From a bacterium (GTDB lineage Bacteria; Patescibacteriota; Minisyncoccia; Phycocordibacterales; UBA2100), in NCBI GenBank assembly GCA_038128225.1, contig JAYPJF010000001.1, positions 318,740-376,516 of the forward strand: DNA of 57,777 nt, written 5' to 3'. How positions within the stretch are numbered: the first letter of the stretch is position 1; each line of letters starts with the position of its first letter. A program made the translations under genes and the position numbers. The notes beneath the pieces were generated by a model. It did not search any database and was not told the origin of the DNA. It saw nothing but the letters and a program-made list of their open reading frames with translations. Shown here piece after piece: positions 54,264 to 57,777 of this stretch.

Positions 54264-55133
54264 GTGGACCAGAAACTCACGTTTGATGGAATTGATTTCG
54301 TCTCTTCAAAAGAGGCGGCTTTGCTTACTGGCTATGCACAGGACTACATAGGACAGCTCGCGCGAGGGGGCAAAGTGCAGGCTCGTCGTGTCGGCGGCCT
54401 TTGGTACGTAAATCTAGAGTCACTAGGTTCCTACAAAGCGACTGCGGAAGCCTTTGTTCCAAAGCCACCTCGCTACGACTCCTTACAAGGAAGTTCTGAC
54501 GATTTCATCGGGATGGATGGAAAAAGAATGATCTCGTCTAAGCGAGGTTCGGAAATAAGCGGATACAATCAGGACTATGTCACTCAGCTTGCCAGGACAT
54601 CTCAAATTCACGCCCAGCAGGCAGGCTCTCGATGGTTTGTAGATCAGGCTGAGCTACTCGCGCACAAATCGCACAATGATGGCTTGTTGCGCGCCGTGCA
54701 GGCACAGTCCGTAGGCCTGGCTAAGTCAGAAACTACTGCGCAAAATAGTCATAGAGACTCGGAAAACGCACCGCTATATATCGCTGAAAAGCCTTTAGAA
54801 ATGCCTTTTTTTGAGAAAGCAACTTGGGTGGAACGTGACTTTGCTAATAAAAGCTCTGATGTCGCATTTGACACTGGAACGGAAGAGAAAAAGTCCTCAA
54901 AATCTTTTAAATCTGAACGAAAAAGTAGACTTCCGGTGCGCAGAGCTGGTTTTTTTCCAATGGTTTTAGCAACAACTATTGTTTTATTGCTTGTTAGCAC
55001 GCTTGCAACGGCAAGTTTTGGGGCATTTCGGCCGATTGGGCAGCAATACGCCGCTTCAAACAATGCAGTTTTCAAGAACGCCCTGCCTATACTCGATAGT
55101 TTTCTAGCAGAGCGCATTCATTTTGTCCGCTAA
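54264..55133 (+). CDS. Protein with two excisionase/MerR-like (HTH_17-type) DNA-binding domains and a C-terminal TM helix
   Basis: SSKEAA..TGY.QDYIGQLAR.G.V.A..VG..WYV occurs twice; hydrophobic FFPMVLATTIVLLLVSTLA. Confidence 0.8.
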   Translation: MDQKLTFDGIDFVSSKEAALLTGYAQDYIGQLARGGKVQARRVGGLWYVNLESLGSYKATAEAFVPKPPRYDSLQGSSDDFIGMDGKRMISSKRGSEISGYNQDYVTQLARTSQIHAQQAGSRWFVDQAELLAHKSHNDGLLRAVQAQSVGLAKSETTAQNSHRDSENAPLYIAEKPLEMPFFEKATWVERDFANKSSDVAFDTGTEEKKSSKSFKSERKSRLPVRRAGFFPMVLATTIVLLLVSTLATASFGAFRPIGQQYAASNNAVFKNALPILDSFLAERIHFVR

Positions 55134-55270
55134 AAATTTTTTTTGCAAAAAAGGCGGACGCAGGGCAGCCCTTTTCTATTGGACAAGTTGTCCACAGCAT
55201 AAAGGACAATTGGACATCGTTCCACGAAAAAGCTAGTAAAATATAGCTAATTCGTGACCCCGAACGATAC

Positions 55271-57777
55271 ATGAGCCAAAGCATTTTTTTCAACGGCAAA
55301 GAATACATACCTTCAGGAATTGCTGCGAAGCGTTCTGGGTTTACTCGCGATTACATTGCGCGACTTTGTCGAGAAGGAACTCTTGATGGACGTCGCCTCA
55401 ACACTACATGGTATGTGAGCGTTGCCTCACTTAATGCATTTCAGGTTACAAGTGAATACAAGCATGTGTTGCAGTCTGATGAGTTGCGCAAAAGTCGCGA
55501 AAAGCAATACGTCCTTGCACAGGACAAGAAAAAAATAAACGAAACACAGAGAAGCGTTCAAGAAACTTTTGCCGATAGTGCTGTGCGCGCTGCGTTGCAG
55601 ACGCCGCAGTTCGCGAGTGTCGTTGCGGAACGAATGCCTGCGATGCCGCTCTTGTTGCAAGCTCCTCATGCTGCGGCAGCGCATATGCATGTGTCTGTGT
55701 GGGCAGATTTACTTCACAAGGCCATGGCACTGTTCTTGGCGTTTCTACTCACGTTTGGCACGTATGCATTTGTTGATCCGGTATACAACACGCGCATCGT
55801 TCACACTGCACACGCAATGTACGCGTTTGCTCTTGAAACACCGGGGCGCACATCACTTGCTTTACAAGAATTTGATTGGAGCGTGAATCATCTTGGGCAA
55901 GTTGCTGTAACGGCCCCGGCAGTTTTTGAGACCTCACTTGTTGAGCAGTTGCGTCTGGCTGCGAGGACTGTAAACACCGCCGTCGACGGAATGGTTTTTG
56001 GCGCGACGTTTTCTCGTAACCCCTTCCTTGCACGCGGCGTCCCAGAATATGCAGCGGGGTCAGTGCGTGTATCGATAATTCCAGTCGCGACTGCAAGATC
56101 TGTAGCGCCAGGTGCAGTAAAGACTTCACCGCAGGGCGTCGTTGTTCAAAAAACTCCTGTTACGGTGATCGAACAGCCGATTCGAGAGCGTGTTGTTGTG
56201 CAGACTGAGCGCAGTGTTGCCGGTGGAGTCACCAGCACTTTTCTTGCAGAACAATTGCAACAACTTGATAACAAATTGATGAGCCGCATTGCGTCACTCG
56301 CGACTCTCACCAATGCAAACTCGACGCAGATAATTAATAACTACCACACTATTGCGCACACCAATAAAATCGACAAACTTGGTGGCGTCGTTATTGACGG
56401 CAATTCCTCATGGACTGGTGGCACGATCACCGATGCCACGATCGTTGGAGGAACGTTGTCTGGGGTTGCAATCCCGGCTGCGGATCTCACTGGGATTGTC
56501 TCAATTGCCCATGGTGGTACTGGTACTTCTACCGCACCAAATTACGGGCAATTGCTCGTGGGGAATAATGCGGGTGGATACGATTTGGTCGCGACATCTT
56601 CACTCGGAATTATTGGAGGTAGTGGCTCTCCTGGCGGTTCAGATGGGCAAGTCCAATACAATAACGGCGGCACGTTTGCTGGAGCTAGTGGGGTATTTTT
56701 TGATGATGCAAACAACTTTTTCGGCATTGGAACAAGCTCCCCGTATACAAAACTTTCTGTAGTTGGAGAGGTGGTTGGTGCAAATTTCACTGCTACTACC
56801 ACAGCCACCTCGACTTTCCCGACGCTTTCTATCACAGGAAGATTTTACGATTCTTCCGGGACGGGAGGTGCGAGTGGCCAAGTGCTTCAGTCAACAGGTA
56901 CCGGCATTCAGTGGGTGGCAACATCTTCGCTCGGTATCTCTGGTGGTAGTGGCAACAGTTTCGATTACCTTTTTCCGTCAAATGCAACCACAACAATACT
57001 CACGTTTAGTAATGGCTTACTCTCGCTCGCATCAACCACTCTTGGTAATGGATCATCAGCAGGTGGTCTTACTGTTGCGGGCACGGCAACTACAACTAAT
57101 GTGCTTGTAGTTCAGGGAACAGGTACTTCGACATTTTCAGGTGGCATTTCTACGGCGCGACTCAATACTTCAGCGGGGACCTCAACGTTTAGCGGATTGA
57201 GAATCACGACGCAAGGTCTTACTGTCTCGACACTCACTAATTGTGACACCATTGATACTGATACAAACGGAAACTTTATTTGTGGGAGTGACAGCAGTGG
57301 CGGTTCTAGCGCCTACCCCTTCGCTTTAACCGGAAACGCCACCTCTACGCTCACCCAATTCAACGGCGGTCTCACGAGCTACGCCTCAACCACCATTGGT
57401 GCGGGTACCCAGACCACCGGACTCACCATTAGTGGTGGGGCGACGACGACGGGCAATGCGTACTTTGCAGGACAAGTGGGTATTGGAACTCAGACACCAC
57501 TTGGAGCGCTTCAAGTTGTTCAGACAGCGAACCTGCCTCGTTACGGTATTGATATCACGAGCGCCGATGATAACGCGCTTGTATCTCTTACCAATACGGA
57601 TATAGGTGGAGGTACATGGTGGTTGAATTCGACCGGCGGCAGTAGTTCATGGGGACAAGGAAAACTACTTTTCGGTACAGGAACGAGCTGGGCAACTGCT
57701 CCCGTCATGACTCTTGATACTTCAGGCAACGTCGGCATCGGCACCACCTCTCCATACGCAAAACTCAGTGTTGTGGG
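55271..57777 (+). CDS. Large surface/fibre-like protein: N-terminal HTH, TM helix, Ser/Thr/Gly-rich repeats; 3'-partial
   Basis: Frame 2 is open from the ATG at 55271 to the window end (checked at the start, several internal stretches and the end; absent from the track because there is no stop). MSQSIFFNGKEYI..GFTRDYIARLCREG..WYVS; TM AMALFLAFLLTFGTYAFV; ATST/ATTT repeats; (F/V)GIGT.SP..KLSV fibre-type motifs. Confidence 0.85.
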   Translation, partial: MSQSIFFNGKEYIPSGIAAKRSGFTRDYIARLCREGTLDGRRLNTTWYVSVASLNAFQVTSEYKHVLQSDELRKSREKQYVLAQDKKKINETQRSVQETFADSAVRAALQTPQFASVVAERMPAMPLLLQAPHAAAAHMHVSVWADLLHKAMALFLAFLLTFGTYAFVDPVYNTRIVHTAHAMYAFALETPGRTSLALQEFDWSVNHLGQVAVTAPAVFETSLVEQLRLAARTVNTAVDGMVFGATFSRNPFLARGVPEYAAGSVRVSIIPVATARSVAPGAVKTSPQGVVVQKTPVTVIEQPIRERVVVQTERSVAGGVTSTFLAEQLQQLDNKLMSRIASLATLTNANSTQIINNYHTIAHTNKIDKLGGVVIDGNSSWTGGTITDATIVGGTLSGVAIPAADLTGIVSIAHGGTGTSTAPNYGQLLVGNNAGGYDLVATSSLGIIGGSGSPGGSDGQVQYNNGGTFAGASGVFFDDANNFFGIGTSSPYTKLSVVGEVVGANFTATTTATSTFPTLSITGRFYDSSGTGGASGQVLQSTGTGIQWVATSSLGISGGSGNSFDYLFPSNATTTILTFSNGLLSLASTTLGNGSSAGGLTVAGTATTTNVLVVQGTGTSTFSGGISTARLNTSAGTSTFSGLRITTQGLTVSTLTNCDTIDTDTNGNFICGSDSSGGSSAYPFALTGNATSTLTQFNGGLTSYASTTIGAGTQTTGLTISGGATTTGNAYFAGQVGIGTQTPLGALQVVQTANLPRYGIDITSADDNALVSLTNTDIGGGTWWLNSTGGSSSWGQGKLLFGTGTSWATAPVMTLDTSGNVGIGTTSPYAKLSVV

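Noticed and set aside
50050-57747. Numerous 60-160 aa antisense or alternate-frame ORFs over secA, gatB and the terminal fibre gene
   Set aside because: They overlap well-supported genes, carry no motifs, and are expected at about 50% GC.
1-57777. Alternative genetic code (UGA=Gly, as in Gracilibacteria/Absconditabacteria)
   Set aside because: TGA ends many genes exactly at ATGA stop/start overlaps (for example 17540-17543, 24736-24739 and 35394-35397), and conserved proteins are full length under code 11.
1-57777. CRISPR array, IS elements, DGR or retron
   Set aside because: No regularly spaced direct repeats, and no transposase or reverse-transcriptase motifs in any ORF.

Overview
A 57.8 kb chromosomal segment from a Patescibacteria/CPR bacterium. 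The Parcubacteria (OD1)-type assignment is inferred from the 16S signatures, the CPR-typical gene families and the compact gene packing; the code is standard table 11. In order, it holds: the end of a sugar-transferase/epimerase pair; secD-secF; a stand-alone 16S rRNA gene with no 23S/5S nearby and no canonical anti-Shine-Dalgarno tail; a tRNA-Ile(GAT) locus; tRNA-Leu(CAG)-murD; murA-rsmI; a VirD4/TraD-like ATPase; and a lamin-tail surface protein. A ~33 kb surface-glycan locus follows (16695-49703), with about 10 GT4 domains, GT2, GT-C, a flippase, a ligase/polymerase-TPR protein, methyltransferases, a carbamoyltransferase module and two nitroreductase fusions. The window ends with secA, gatB and two membrane-anchored HTH genes, the last running off the edge. 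The strongest signal is a nested ('matryoshka') tRNA. A tRNA-Ile(GAT) gene (6362-6628) is interrupted in its anticodon loop by a 193-nt insert whose two arms base-pair into a long rod, capped by a complete, identical, intact tRNA-Ile(GAT) (6473-6546). Second, at least 13 genes have a TAnnnT -10 hexamer exactly 6-7 nt before the start codon, which points to leaderless translation and fits the altered 16S tail. Other points include a 24-aa Lys/Ala histone-H1-like micropeptide, an alphaproteobacterial-like tandem cold-shock gene, and a duplicated nitroreductase-fusion plus alpha/alpha-barrel module. All family assignments come from motif recognition by eye; no database searches were run.
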